Both the position numbers and the translations under genes were made by a program. A DNA stretch of 64,000 nucleotides from Sphaerodactylus townsendi (Eukaryota), in assembly GCF_021028975.2 (NCBI RefSeq), contig NC_059431.1:70184001-70248000 (forward strand), read 5' to 3'. The notes beneath the pieces were generated by a model. That model was not told where the DNA came from. It was given only the letters and a program-made list of their open reading frames with translations, and did no database searches. Each line of letters starts with the position of its first letter. Within the stretch, counting starts at the first letter, position 1. Of this stretch, positions 39,496 through 51,180 are shown one piece after another.

Positions 39496-39745
39496 CTATA
39501 TTAAAACAGCAAAAGTAACATCGGTATCCCATAAAGTATTCCATTTGCATATTAATCAGCATGCCTTTCTTTTTTGAATCTACTCAGCCATGAACATTAT
39601 TTCAGCAAATTTCTCATCAAAATGGAAGTTGACATAATAAAAAAAAGTTCAGTTTCTACAATAATATGCAACAATATCCTTTCTTAAACTTTTCTTGTGC
39701 ATTAATCCAGAAATAACTTGCCTATGGCATACTCTTCCCGGGATC

Positions 39746-39970
39746 TTTTTTTTTTTTTTTTTTGCCATCAAGTCACATCTAATATATGGCAACCCCCGTT
39801 GGAGTTTTCAAGGCAAGAGACATTCAGAGGTGGTTGCCTTTGCCTGCCTCCGTGTCACAACCCCTGGTATTCCTTGGAGGTCTCCCATCCAAATACTTGC
39901 AAGGGTCAACCCTTCTTAGCTTCTGAGATCTGATGAAATCAGTCCAGCCTGGGATATTCCAGGTCAGGGC
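39746..39970 (-). mobile_element. 5S rRNA-derived SINE with poly(A) tail
   Basis: Reverse complement GATCTCAGAAGCTAAGAAGGGTTG...AGTATTTGGATGGGAGACCTCCAAGGAATACC is 5S-like. The T18 run is the poly(A) tail. GGATCTTT occurs on both flanks (TSD-like). Confidence 0.85.
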
Positions 39971-40368
39971 TCCATGGATCTTTCAGAAGAAGAAACCTAA
40001 CTGTCCACCATAAACTAGGAAACTGAACTAGATCAGAAAGATAGTTTTACTAAAATCCAATAGTGCAGTGATGGCACCAATTTCAAATCTTTGTCTTAGT
40101 AATCTCACATACACATTGAACCAAGGAAACAATTTCAAAACTTCCAAGGAAGATCTTTGTGAATAAGTCAGTGTAGTGATAGCTTTAACTATTAAATGCT
40201 ACTAAGCAAGGAGGAAACAAAGTTTTTCTCTTCAATTCAATGCATGCAAATATGCAATATATAAATAATGTGCCCCTCTGGGAAAGGATCAGTAGAAAGT
40301 TTAGCATTACTGTTTTCTACTGATGCTATCATTGTTAGTTAAAACTGTACACAAGACCATTTACATAC

Positions 40369-40501
40369 AGAACACTGTGAGATCAACAGAAACTTGGTCT
40401 TCGCCCACACTGTTTTCTGCTACACAAGAAATTAGTGCTCCACTGTCATTGGATGAGACATTCTTTATGGTAAAAGAAGCTGGGTTCTTATTTGTATCAC
40501 T
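40369..40501 (-). CDS. NTRK2: NTRK2/TrkB coding exon, Ig-like domain 1, second half (133 bp)
   Basis: Acceptor ttgttttag|AGTGAT and donor TTCT|gtatgt. Encodes [44 protein letters not shown], containing the TrkB ISCVAEN.VGEDQ motif. Not in the ORF track; translated by hand. Phase 0 to 1. Confidence 0.95.
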
Positions 40502-41286
40502 CTAAAACAAGAACAACAAGAAAGAAATAGGTTATGGATAGTTCTGCTGAGTCCCACATGAGGAACATCTGCTTCTTGCAAATGCTAAAATTTTTACTGA
40601 AACTTATATAATTAATTAATTATGATTATATCTCATTCTTTCAGTCCTTCTGGGCTCATGAAGTAGTGTACAGTCATTAAGAAAGGAAAGGGGAACTACA
40701 ATAAAAAGACAGGAGAGTTAGAAGTAGCAGAAGAGTTCATAAACACAGTTAGCATAGTGGATAATTCTTTTCCTTCCCCAAGCAGCTTGCCATTTGTGCC
40801 AAAAATCTCTCTGAAGTCTGGGAAAACCTCAAAAATGAGATAAACCACTGGATGAAGCACTGCACCTATGAGGGAGAAATAAATGAAAATCTCCTCTTTT
40901 TTCTCTCCTCTGCTGATTCAAGCCACAAGCAATGCCTCTTGTCTCCTTGAAAATTTATTCCTGTGTGAGCATTACACTTAGCAATTCATTTGAAGACAGT
41001 CACAGTGGAAAACCAGAAGGGTCTTTGACCAACTTGCAGAATTTATATAAAAAGTGGGATCCTAAACCAGCCATACATAGGTTATATCTTTCCAACCACA
41101 GCTAAATCAAGCTATAGAAAAATACACACATTCTTCAATTCAGGGTTTATTCTTCCCCAGTATAAGAGAGACACTGTATAAGATCCAGATATGTAACTGG
41201 ATCACTAGTCCACATTAATATTATATAATCAAGACGAAAGGTAACATGAACGAAAGGTAACATGTGAACTAAAGCAGAAATAAAGA

Positions 41287-41578
41287 TGGTTCTGGTGGGT
41301 TTTCCAGGCTGTGTGGCCGTGGTCTGGTGGATCTTGTTCCTAACGTTTTCCTGCATTTGTGGCTGGCATCTTCAGAGGTGTATCACAGAGGGAAGACTGT
41401 TACACACTGTGTCCAGTGAGAAGGGAAAGTTTAGTGGGGCTAGACACAGTGTGAAACAGACTTCCTTCTGTGATGCAGGTGAAATGTTAGGAACAAGATC
41501 CACGAGACCATGGCCACACAGCCGGGCAAACCCACCAGAACCAGTTGAATCCAGCCATGAAAGTCTTCGACAAAACAG
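41287..41578. mobile_element. Penelope-like element remnant in inverted (palindromic) arrangement with a degenerate hammerhead core
   Basis: Arms 41287-41414 and 41440-41543 are reverse complements. Contains GTGGCTGGCATCTTCAGAGG and the terminal GAAAGTCTTCGACAA, as in the 59002-59201 copy. Confidence 0.8.
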
Positions 41579-41670
41579 AAATAAAGATAAAGATAAAAAT
41601 GACTATCATGCCTTTTTTAAAAAGTTATAGTGCATTTTAAGATTTCAATACTTCAAGATGAAATTCCTAC

Positions 41671-41807
41671 CTCATGTTTTGAAGTAAGACTACTGAAAAT
41701 CCAAGATAGAACTGGTGGTGGAGTTCCTGCAGCATCGCAATACAATGTGACACTTCTCCCTTCAATAACAGTAAGGTTATGTGTGCTCAGGTTAACTGAA
41801 GGTTTGC
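41671..41807 (-). CDS. NTRK2: NTRK2/TrkB coding exon, Ig-like domain 1, first half (137 bp)
   Basis: Acceptor ttcatag|GCAAACCT and donor CATGAG|gtagga. Encodes (G)KPSVNLSTHNLTVIEGRSVTLYCDAAGTPPPVLSWIFSSLTSKHE, matching TrkB Ig1 (human [24 protein letters not shown]...). Phase 1 to 0. Confidence 0.95.
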
Positions 41808-42179
41808 CTATGAAACAATCAAGATATACATACGTGTATACGTGTGTTATATCATTGCAACAAGCACAAAAAAACATAATGTGTTATATGCATCTCAGCT
41901 CCAGTATTCCAAAACACAGGCTCCTTAGAAATAAATTTCTCTATTCTTCTGTAGCAGCTGCAAATGACCCCATATTCACAGCAGCAAAGGACAAACACAT
42001 GATAGTTTTTCCCGCATTTTCCCAGCCACCTATTAAAAAAAATCAATAATCAACATATCACTACAGCAAGCTCTAGCAATGTAAATCAGATGATTTTGGT
42101 TTGTTTTTTTTAAAAGCCATCTCTGGGGTGGAGAGGAGCAGCCACATAGGCCAGGGCAAAAAAATCTGCACTGATCTGG

Positions 42180-42548
42180 ATGGGATCTACACAACTGCAC
42201 ATCTTCCCATCCACGCATGAATATTTATATGGAAATGGCTACAGATCTGCTCATCTTGGGTGACTAGGTTTCCAATCTTGTCCCTAATCGGGACAGCAGA
42301 GCTGTTCCTGGCTCCATGTCCTTCGCATGGAGAACATCGGATCCCAAAGATGGTAATGAGGTGGATACCTCCTGCTGTCAAATGAAAGTGGGGATGCCCC
42401 CGAAACACCTGGAGGAGAACATTCGTGCAAGACCTGAAGGCACTAAATATTGCATGGGAAGAGGCTGAAACATTCGCCCAAGATCAGAAATGCTGGAGAG
42501 CACCTGTTGCTTGATATGCTACTTAGCATGATGGATTCAATGATAATG
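42180..42548 (+). mobile_element. RTE-clade LINE 3' fragment
   Basis: HVLRME.HRIPKMVMRWIPP...GCPRNTWRRTFVQDLKAL.IAWEEAE..AQD...WRA.V, typical of the RTE C-terminus. Confidence 0.75.
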
Positions 42549-42663
42549 AGCAACAGATCTACAATAAATTCTAATTCATTCATTTGTTAAGCGTACCTTC
42601 ATTTGTTAAGAGACTGAAAATACTTAGCGTAATACTTCATGACACTTGCAATGTAGTAACTAT

Positions 42664-43169
42664 GGCCATTTCCGCACGGCCACGCGGCGGCGGGGGGGGG
42701 GGGGGGGGGGTGTCGGCGTATACAACACTGACACACACACTCCGGGACCGTTCGCCTGAACGGTCCCGGTAAAGGCAGGGAAGATGGCGCAGCACTGTGC
42801 CATCGCCTGAACGACGTATCTTCCCTGAGACCTGCCGGCGACCCCTGCCCTGCACGACAGCTCTGGAGTTGCAGGGAAGGGGGGACATGTCCCCAGGCCT
42901 GGGTGACATGCCGGAATGTCGCAGGGAAGGTAAGTTGTTCGGGAAAGGGGCGGATGGCACTTTCCAGCCACTGCCATTCGCAAGGCAGCTGCTGTTTCCA
43001 GAAAACCTTGCTCGGGGAGCGAGGTTTGGAAACAGCAGTTTCACACCACTGGGGGGGAGCAAGGGCAGCGCGGCTGCGATGCAGCTGCACCCCCCATGTG
43101 AACAGCTCCCTAGGGACGGCATTTTTTGCCGTCCCTAGGGTGCTGTTATTGGCCCATCTGGAAAGGGCC
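42664..43169. mobile_element. PIF/Harbinger-type MITE, GC/CpG-rich
   Basis: TIRs GGCCATTTCCGCACGG / CCATCTGGAAAGGGCC. Homologous to 57746-58243. A partial copy lies near 37835-37950. Confidence 0.75.
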
Positions 43170-44034
43170 TTAGTTAATATTTCAGCCATTTCAAGTTGAT
43201 GTTCCCACTCATGCTATATTGCCTCAGAGTCTGAAACAGCAGTTGTAAACAGGAGGGAAAATGAACAAAGTCCTACCAACCAGCTCAAACAGTTGTTCCT
43301 ACGCACAGCATCATTCACTTAATGCTTTCCTCCTCTTAATCACACTGAGGCATGGATGAGACACTTGGATTTTTCTATATGATTATGCTACACTGTTGTA
43401 CATCAATTAAGACAGAACAGAATACTAAAATAATTGTTACAACAACATCTTTTTCAAACACAGTATTTTCACTATTTTTAACAGTTGTTTCACTAATTAT
43501 AATTTGTAATTGCACATTACAGCTATTTTTCAGTGAAATGACGATCATTCATCTGGGTTGACAGTGCAAATAGCCTTTGATTTATCCCTGACAATATTAA
43601 TCTAGCCGATAACCTCTGAGAATGGAGATCATTTAGAAAGCAGTTCTGAATCAGAAGAAACAGCTGCAGATGACAAATAGAAACCAGTTCTTAAGTGGCT
43701 GTTCAGAAAAGGAAAAAGTCAGACTGTATATTTCCCATGTCTAATTCTCCCTTTCTAAAGTTATCTATGTTGGAGGCTCTGATCGTGGAGGAACTATGCA
43801 AATGACATTCACACATGAAGTAGCAGTCAAGATAGGTAAGGCAGGAGGATGCACGCTACAGAGTGCCGATGGTGGAATTTTCACTTGCCTCAGATACCTG
43901 TCTGCATTGTAACACTCATGTTTGAAAGACTGGAGTTTCTTTCAATTCATGCAAACCTTAATTTTTCTTTGAACTGACACTTGGATGGAGAGTTCAGAAA
44001 TGGAATCTATGGAGTGTTCTTTTCTTTAAATAGC

Positions 44035-45705
44035 AAGCCTTTATTGGCATAGACAACAGTACAACAATAATAAAAAATGGATTAAAAAGCATATACAATA
44101 CAGGAATTAAATGTTAGGTCGAAAGAAATCTACTGCCGTTTAGTAATTTCCAGGAGAAAGTCTGCCACTATCATACAGGGAGAAGGATCAGGATTGTCCA
44201 ACAAGTAGTGTAATCTAATTAAATCAGGGAGATCGGGTAAATGTAAAGGAGTAAGATTCACATACTTGGATCTGATTTCCTTGAATCTGAGACAGTGTAG
44301 TAATTGGTGGGCCAGATATTCAACTGAGCCATCATTACATGGGCACAATCTTTTAGCCTTTTCTTGCTTATTAAATCTGCCATGTAACAAGGCAGAAGGC
44401 ATAACATTAAACCTGGCGAGAATTATCGCTCTCCTTTGAGCAGGGTCTATTAAGCAATGCAGGTAGTGTGCCAAGTGGCCCCGTTCAAATGGGAGAGAAA
44501 AATACAGGGGGGAGCACGTTTTCTTGGCTGTGGTGATTAGGGTAGAGAACTCTCTATCCAATAGTTGACCTTTTAATTTTCTATAAGCTTCTGAATAGGA
44601 CAAAGGGCAAAGTGAATCCACTGACAGTCCAATAGAGGCCATTTTTCTTCAATTATGGAAAACCAGGGGTTGGAATGGGTGTCAGAGAGCAGATGGTGGA
44701 CCAGGGAATTACAGTCCGAGATAAAATGAATTCGCAGCCAGAATCTAAAAGCCCTCAGCCAAGCGGCTGATTCCAAGGAATTTTGACCTAAGACAAAGGG
44801 CTGCATAGGGCACGCAATTTGGGAGTCCAGTTATGAAAAAAATTGGATTGAAGAGAATTCAAGGAGTGGTTAATAGCTTGAATCCAAATTGGGACTCCAT
44901 AAAGAAATCTCGAGGTGACTTTGGCATTGAAAAATTTGAGGGCAAGAGGGATAAAGGAGTGGCCACTGCTGTAAAAGAAACGTAGTAATGCTGACATACT
45001 GTTAGATGTAGCTAGGAGAGCGGCATTCCTCTGGGTTGTCCATGAAAGGTTAAAAGAGAATGAGAGGCCAAGGTATTTATAGCACTTAACCTGTTCAATT
45101 TGGGTGCTTTTCATTGCCCATGTGAGCTTCTTAAAGCGCCTAGAGAAGACCAATACCTTGTTTTTTCATAATTAATTGTCAGTCTGTTGGATTCACAGTA
45201 ATCCACACAGCGCTTCATTAAGCTGTCTTGAGGCCAACTCTGGATCGAGAGAGAGAAGGACAGTCAGCCATCTGCATAGCGCAGAATTCATACATTGGAT
45301 GTACCCATTTCTGCGGCATGGCTGTTCACTGCTGAGAGAGCAGAGGGGAGGTCACTTAAGAAAAGATTGAAAAGAGTGGGGGCCAGGACGCAGCCCCGTT
45401 TGACCCCTTTGGAAATTGGAATACTGTCTGTCAAAAGGCCTTCGTGGGAACACTTGATCCGGCAACTGGTATTTGTGTGCAGTTGCCTAATTAAGAACAA
45501 GAGTCTGGCGTCAATGTTGAGGGCAGCCAGTTTTGCCCAGAGAAGTTCTCTCGGCACAGAGTCAAAGGAAGCCTTTAAATCAATAAAGGTAGCGTAGAGT
45601 TTGTTATCTGCACTGATTGAGTATTTACTGGCTAGGTGTAATAGCACCAAGGCATGGTCCAGAGGAGATTTCCCCTTACGAAAGCCTATTTGTTCAGCCC
45701 CCACT
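44035..45705 (-). mobile_element. 5'-truncated RTE-X-like LINE (RT to 3' end)
   Basis: ORFs EQIGFRKGKS..DH...FIDLKASFDSV.RELLW.KL, GVKRGCVLAPTLFNLF, YKYLG and RLCPC....EYLAHQLLHC. 3' end TATGCCAATAAAGGCTTG. Frameshifted. Confidence 0.88.
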
Positions 45706-46619
45706 GCACCAGAGTGGGAAAGCCACAGCTGATGTGAGTGTTCTTTTCAATGATGCACCATTTATGTATTAATAGGGGTTGGCCAAATATGTGAATACTT
45801 ATATCTGGTGAATGGAGCTGTAGACAGGCAATATATATATCTTTCTACAACCCAGAAAAGAACCACAGCTTTGCATAAAATAGTAAAGTAAATCAGTACT
45901 GTACATTTTTCCATTTTCCCTACAATTTCAGATTATTTTCCTCAGGGAAAATGCAGGGAAGGGAACAGATTTTTTCCTCCACAGTTTCAATATTTTCAGA
46001 ATGTTTTACTTCCCAAAATTTTGAGAATGTCTGCTCATATATTGCACATATGCTTCTCCCTTGTGCAAATTAAGTTATACTTTCAGAATAACTGATGTTG
46101 TAAATGTTGTATCTCTCATTACAACAATTTGAGAAATTAAAATCTGAACACAGAAATGCTAAATCTATCTTGACAAAAAGACAACTTATAGATTTAGAGA
46201 AAGACTGATGGATGTGATGGATTAAACACACAAGATTCTGCCCAAAATATATCTTAAGAATGAATAGGTATAAAGTAAGCTTAGGGAATACCAGAATCAG
46301 AAACTAAAAGTAATTTAATTTTTCTAAGAAAAAATAAAGGGAACAGAAACAGAGAAAAACCCAAGTTCTTCATTTGGTCATCTGTGCAAATAGACATGAG
46401 ATTTCTGTGCAGGAGCAGAAGCAACTCCAGAAAAATTGCCACATATAGCTCTTCTTCTGAGAACTTGGCATCTCTGCACATGCCTCAATTGAGAGATGAA
46501 TACATTTATTTATTTATATACATTTCTATCCTGCCCTATGCTTGAAGTTCTCAAGGCAAGTTACAACATAAGACATAAAAATCACCTCAAAACAATAATA
46601 AATTTGTACAATAAAACGT

Positions 46620-46715
46620 GTTTAAAATTCCCACAAGCCTATTAAAATTCCTACAAGCCTATTAAAATTCCTAAAAACCTATCATAATCCCTAAAACTTA
46701 TTAAAATCCCTAAAA
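46620..46715. repeat. Minisatellite, about 20-bp unit TTAAAATTCCYACAAGCCTA, about 5 decaying copies
   Basis: Directly visible. Lies just after an L2-like tail (46500-46570, minus strand). Confidence 0.7.
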
Positions 46716-48372
46716 ATCCTGCACACTCCCTCAGACCATTGGGTGCAGAACTCTCAGAAATAGAGAAGTTGGCATAGATAAGAAGGGGAAAATTGTATGA
46801 GTGCCAGATGACAACCCAGAGAACATCCACTATAAGCTTTTTTCATTCTCTATGTTCTTTGTGCAGTCTACTTATGGAAATCAGCATCCTTATTATCTTA
46901 GAGGAAGGCACTGGCATTATATTGTAGAAAAAAGAATAGGAAGTACAAGCTAACCAAGCACTGAGTACATGTCTGGTGTCAAAGGGATAGTGGAAGATAT
47001 TTGTGGATGCAGCCACCCATGTTGCAACTCTACACATTTATGTAAAGATTGTATTAATCCAAAAGATGCAAGTTTTCAGTAACATGGATTTTGCACTAAC
47101 TCTTTCCCAGTTGAGATGTTTTAAAATACATCCCATGTTTCCAACACGGCACAGGCTTCCATTTTTAATACTTTATGATACTGAAAGGTTTCACCTTTTT
47201 TCTAAACTGCAGAGGATACAACAACTTCATCCCACAAACAGATCCTATCTAATTTCCTTGGCAAATTCTCTTCCCCTTTTCAATACTGAAACATAATCCT
47301 GTTTCAGCCCTTCGGGGGTTGGGCGGTCTATTAAGTCTAATAAAATAATAATAATAAAAATAATATACTAACCTAGATGCCTTCCACAGCACATTGGGTT
47401 GGGTCCCTGAATATATCAATGGAACAGATGGTTACAGATTCTTCCCTCGCTCCCTACCCCATAGTAATTCCATATGATGCCAGGAAATGTAATTCTTGGG
47501 GTTGCAGGGATTTACAACTACACAGATGAAGTTGGATGAGGAAGTGACAAAGCTGTTCTGATGGAAGGGGAAAGGCGATTTTGATCCCTCCTCCTAGACA
47601 GTATAGCCCTTTGACCTGAATATTAATCAACATAAGTCCGGAAGCCAAGGAATTAACTTTCCACGGTCAGATGGGATTGCTGAGAAGGTAGAAGTATAAA
47701 AATTATCCCAATCCTTATGTTGCTAGACCACAGGAACCTACCGATTATGATCGAAACATTAGAAACGTTTGATCTTCTACAAAGTTTGTCCTTTTGTGTA
47801 AAGCAGAAATGCCCTAAATGCCTGATTCCCATTTTAAAGAAAAAGAAATAATAGATGTTCACTCTTTAATATCTTTAATATCTTGAGAAAAACCCACATA
47901 TATTAATAATTCCATTATATAAAATATATTTATATATTATAAATAAGAACAATTCTTAGTTAACCACTCTAAATGTTCAAAATTCTCACTTCATAAATAG
48001 TATTGTGTTAACAATGAAGAAATGAGGAATGCCCATAGATGCTAGTAAATTTGCATAGGATTGTACTGTTAGACCTATTATCATCATTAAGATTCTTCTA
48101 TTTTTCAGTCTTAATTACAGGATAGTGCATTGAATATGAAAAGAATATATGCATACAAATTCCTGCAGCATTTAAATAGATAACAGTGTGATTCTGAACA
48201 GAGTTACATCCTTCTAAGTTCTTTTTTTTAGTTTTAAAAAGTAACCTTTATTTAACAAAAAAATACAAATAGAAAAAAGAACAAACATTACAGACTAAAC
48301 AGTTACAAAACAAAATACATTAAGTAAATCACAGTTGTAATTAGCTCATTTAAGTTTTTAAAAACTCATACA

Positions 48373-48460
48373 GTATGTATGTATGTATGTATGTATGTGT
48401 GTGTGTGGGTGTGTGTGCGTATGTATGTATGTATGTATGTATGTATGTATGTATGTATGT
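48373..48460. repeat. (TATG)n/(TG)n microsatellite
   Basis: Direct. Abuts the TA target site of the Tc2-like element. Confidence 0.95.
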
Positions 48461-48461
48461 A

Positions 48462-49408
48462 CCGTATATACTCGCATATAAGTAGAATTTCTCATCACAT
48501 TTTTTGTGCTGAAAAAGCCCCCCTCGACTTATATACGACTCAGGTGTATTAAAAAAACATTTTGGGTTTTTATTTTGTCGGCCGCCAGGAGGCGCAGTTT
48601 TTAGGCTAGCGGCACCACAATTTCAGGGATTTTTCAAGAGACTCTCCTGATGATACCACTCAAGTTTGGTAAAGTTTGGTTCCCCCATTGTTTCCAAAGG
48701 GAGCTAACAGTAGATGGGGCTACATTTTGAGGGTCCATAACTTTGGACCCCTTGAATCAAACTTCACCAAACCTGGGTAGTATCATCAGGATAATCTCTG
48801 TCTGATACCAGCCAGGTTTGGTGATGTTTGGTTTAGGGGGTTCAAACTTATGGACGCCCAAATGGGGTGCCCCATCCCACACTGTTTCCAATGGGAGCTA
48901 ATAGTAGATGGGGCTACATTTTGAGGGTCCATAACTTTGGACCCCCTGAACCAAACTTCACCAAACCTGGGTGGTATCATCAGGAGGGTCTCCTAAAGAT
49001 ACTCTGAAATGTTGGTACTGCTAACATAAACATTCCTCCCCTGACCAAAAATCCAGTTTTGAAGGATTTTAACTCTTGTGTTTTAGCTTGGTTGCTGGTT
49101 GAGCTAAGTTTTTTGTACTTTTAAAGTTATTGTTGAGACCATATTGTTTTTTTACCCTCTTTTTCACTTACAGAGCTAGTTTACTGTTTTTCTTTGAAAT
49201 AAATATTCAAAAAAATTTAACCTCAATTAATATAATTTTATTGGTATCTATTTTTATTTTTGAAATTTACCAGTAGCTGCTGTATTTCCCACCCTCGACT
49301 TATACGCGAGTCAATAAGTTTTCCCAGTTTTTTGTGGTAAAATTAGGTGCCTGGACTAAATTTAGGTGCCCTTCGGGGGTTGGGCGGTCTATTAAGCCAA
49401 ATTAATAA

Positions 49409-49449
<41 letters not shown>

Positions 49450-49492
49450 ATATGCGGGATATGCGGGTCGACTTATATACGAGTATATACAG
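48462..49492. mobile_element. Non-autonomous Tc2-like element (same family as 21113-22121) with a nested L2 tail and (GAT)n at 49368-49449
   Basis: TA|CCGTATATACTCGCATATAAGT ... ACTTATATACGAGTATATACAG|TA. Confidence 0.88.
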
Positions 49493-49989
49493 TACGTATA
49501 ACCGTTTCAGAAAAAGAGGATTCCAATTATTTCAATAACCTTAATTATTGCTTCCTGCTAACCTTAAAAAAACACCAGATTTTCTCAATCCTCTTCTAAG
49601 TTCACTGATTTCAAATGATGGGCAGTCCAATCCAGATGGCGAAGACTTATCTTTGGAGTCAGCACAGACTCATGCCAACAAAAGTGGCAAATGCACTGGC
49701 AAAAGGGGCAGATATGTGGGCAGCGGGGAGATGCATGTCTCTGTGCACCCAACTCTGGAAGCAGCCACCATTTCCTAGCCCCACAGGCACACAATGATAC
49801 TCCCGCATGGGTGGGTGCATTCCTGGAGCGTACTAAGGCAGTGGAGCCAAACTTAGCGGCTTCCACCAGTCTTTCAACCCGGGTTCACCACTGCTGGGGG
49901 AGGATTCATACATACGCCATGCTTTCAGATGGCACAAGTCCATTTAAAGTTATGGGAAATTCTCCAGCAGCGGATTTGATTTCCTATTC

Positions 49990-50213
49990 ATCCACCTGAG
50001 TAGCTGAGGCTTATCTGGTGAACCAGATGTGTTTCCGCACTCCTACATTTCTGGTGGGTGACCTTGGGCAAGTCACAGTGCTTTGGAACTCTCTCAGCCC
50101 CACCTACCTCACAAGTTGTCTGTTGTGGGGAGAGGAAGGAAAAGAAGCTTGTAAGCCACCTTGAGTCTCCTTACAGGAGATAAAGATGAGATATAAATCC
50201 AAATTCTTCTCTT
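49990..50213 (+). mobile_element. 5'-truncated Squam3-like SINE
   Basis: Same core and tail as 1485-1782. Confidence 0.8.
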
Positions 50214-51117
50214 TCTTTCCACTGCCTTTCCCACCACCCAAATGCCCTTTGGAGGCAGTACGGGAGAGCAGAAGCAGTGCCATCCCAGACAGTCTGGAGT
50301 GCTGGATTGGGCTGTTAGAAGGATGTACTATAACAGTACAATGCTATTCAAAGTCTCTCCAGCACAAATCTATTGAAATCAGTGGGCTAGACTGAAATAA
50401 TCGTGCAAAGGATTGTACTGAAGACTGACAGCAATGCAATTCTTGAATCAAAATCCATGGGCTACCACTGAATAGACCTGTGTATAATTCTGAATAGACC
50501 TGGTTAGGATTTCTCTCTGTGGCAACTACCTAAACATGATCAATGTAGAATTTCTGTGTTTCAAATGCATACGGAAAAAGAAAGTAGGGAATACAATGTT
50601 TTAGGTTCACCCATTTATTAATGGAATATGCCTCTTAAGCAACTCCAGCCATGTTATATCCTATCACATACCTGACAGGGCATGACAGTACAGATATGTA
50701 CTTTCCATACTGGCATGAATTCTATAGTTCTTCAACAATACATCATTCTACCTCTACTTTACAAGTAGGGAGTGGCTGTTTTAATCATGAACTAAAAGGT
50801 GTGCCATTCTTTTTATGTTCTTGGTTCTTTTGCATTGGAAAATTTAATCGTTCCATAAACCATTAAGTATCTGATTTGTATTAATTATACTATGTGAATA
50901 TGCTGATCAAAAAGCTCAACAAAAACTGCATTTGCTTAAAGTATCAGATACAATTAAATAACTCCGTAGAACTGAAAAGAAACACAACAGCAGAACAATT
51001 TGTTTTGCAGGTAATGTTTTGTTGCCCAACAAGATTTTGAAATGTGCATAAAGATATGAACATCATTTCTTTCATATCCAAACACATATTTGGTCATTGA
51101 CCGTAAATAAAGCCGCC

Positions 51118-51180
51118 GCCTCCTCCTCCTCCTCCTCCTCCTCCTCCTCCTCCTCCTCCTCCTCCTCCTCCTCCTTCTTC
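51118..51180. repeat. (CCT)n trinucleotide microsatellite
   Basis: About 18 units, direct. Confidence 0.95.

Noticed and set aside
39746-39970. 5S rRNA gene
   Set aside because: The 5S 5' end is missing or diverged and is fused to a SINE body and poly(A) tail.
42599-43199. Several overlapping 100-196-aa ORFs (also at 57725-58452 and 61531-62080)
   Set aside because: They coincide with GC-rich MITEs, where stop codons are scarce. No recognisable domains.
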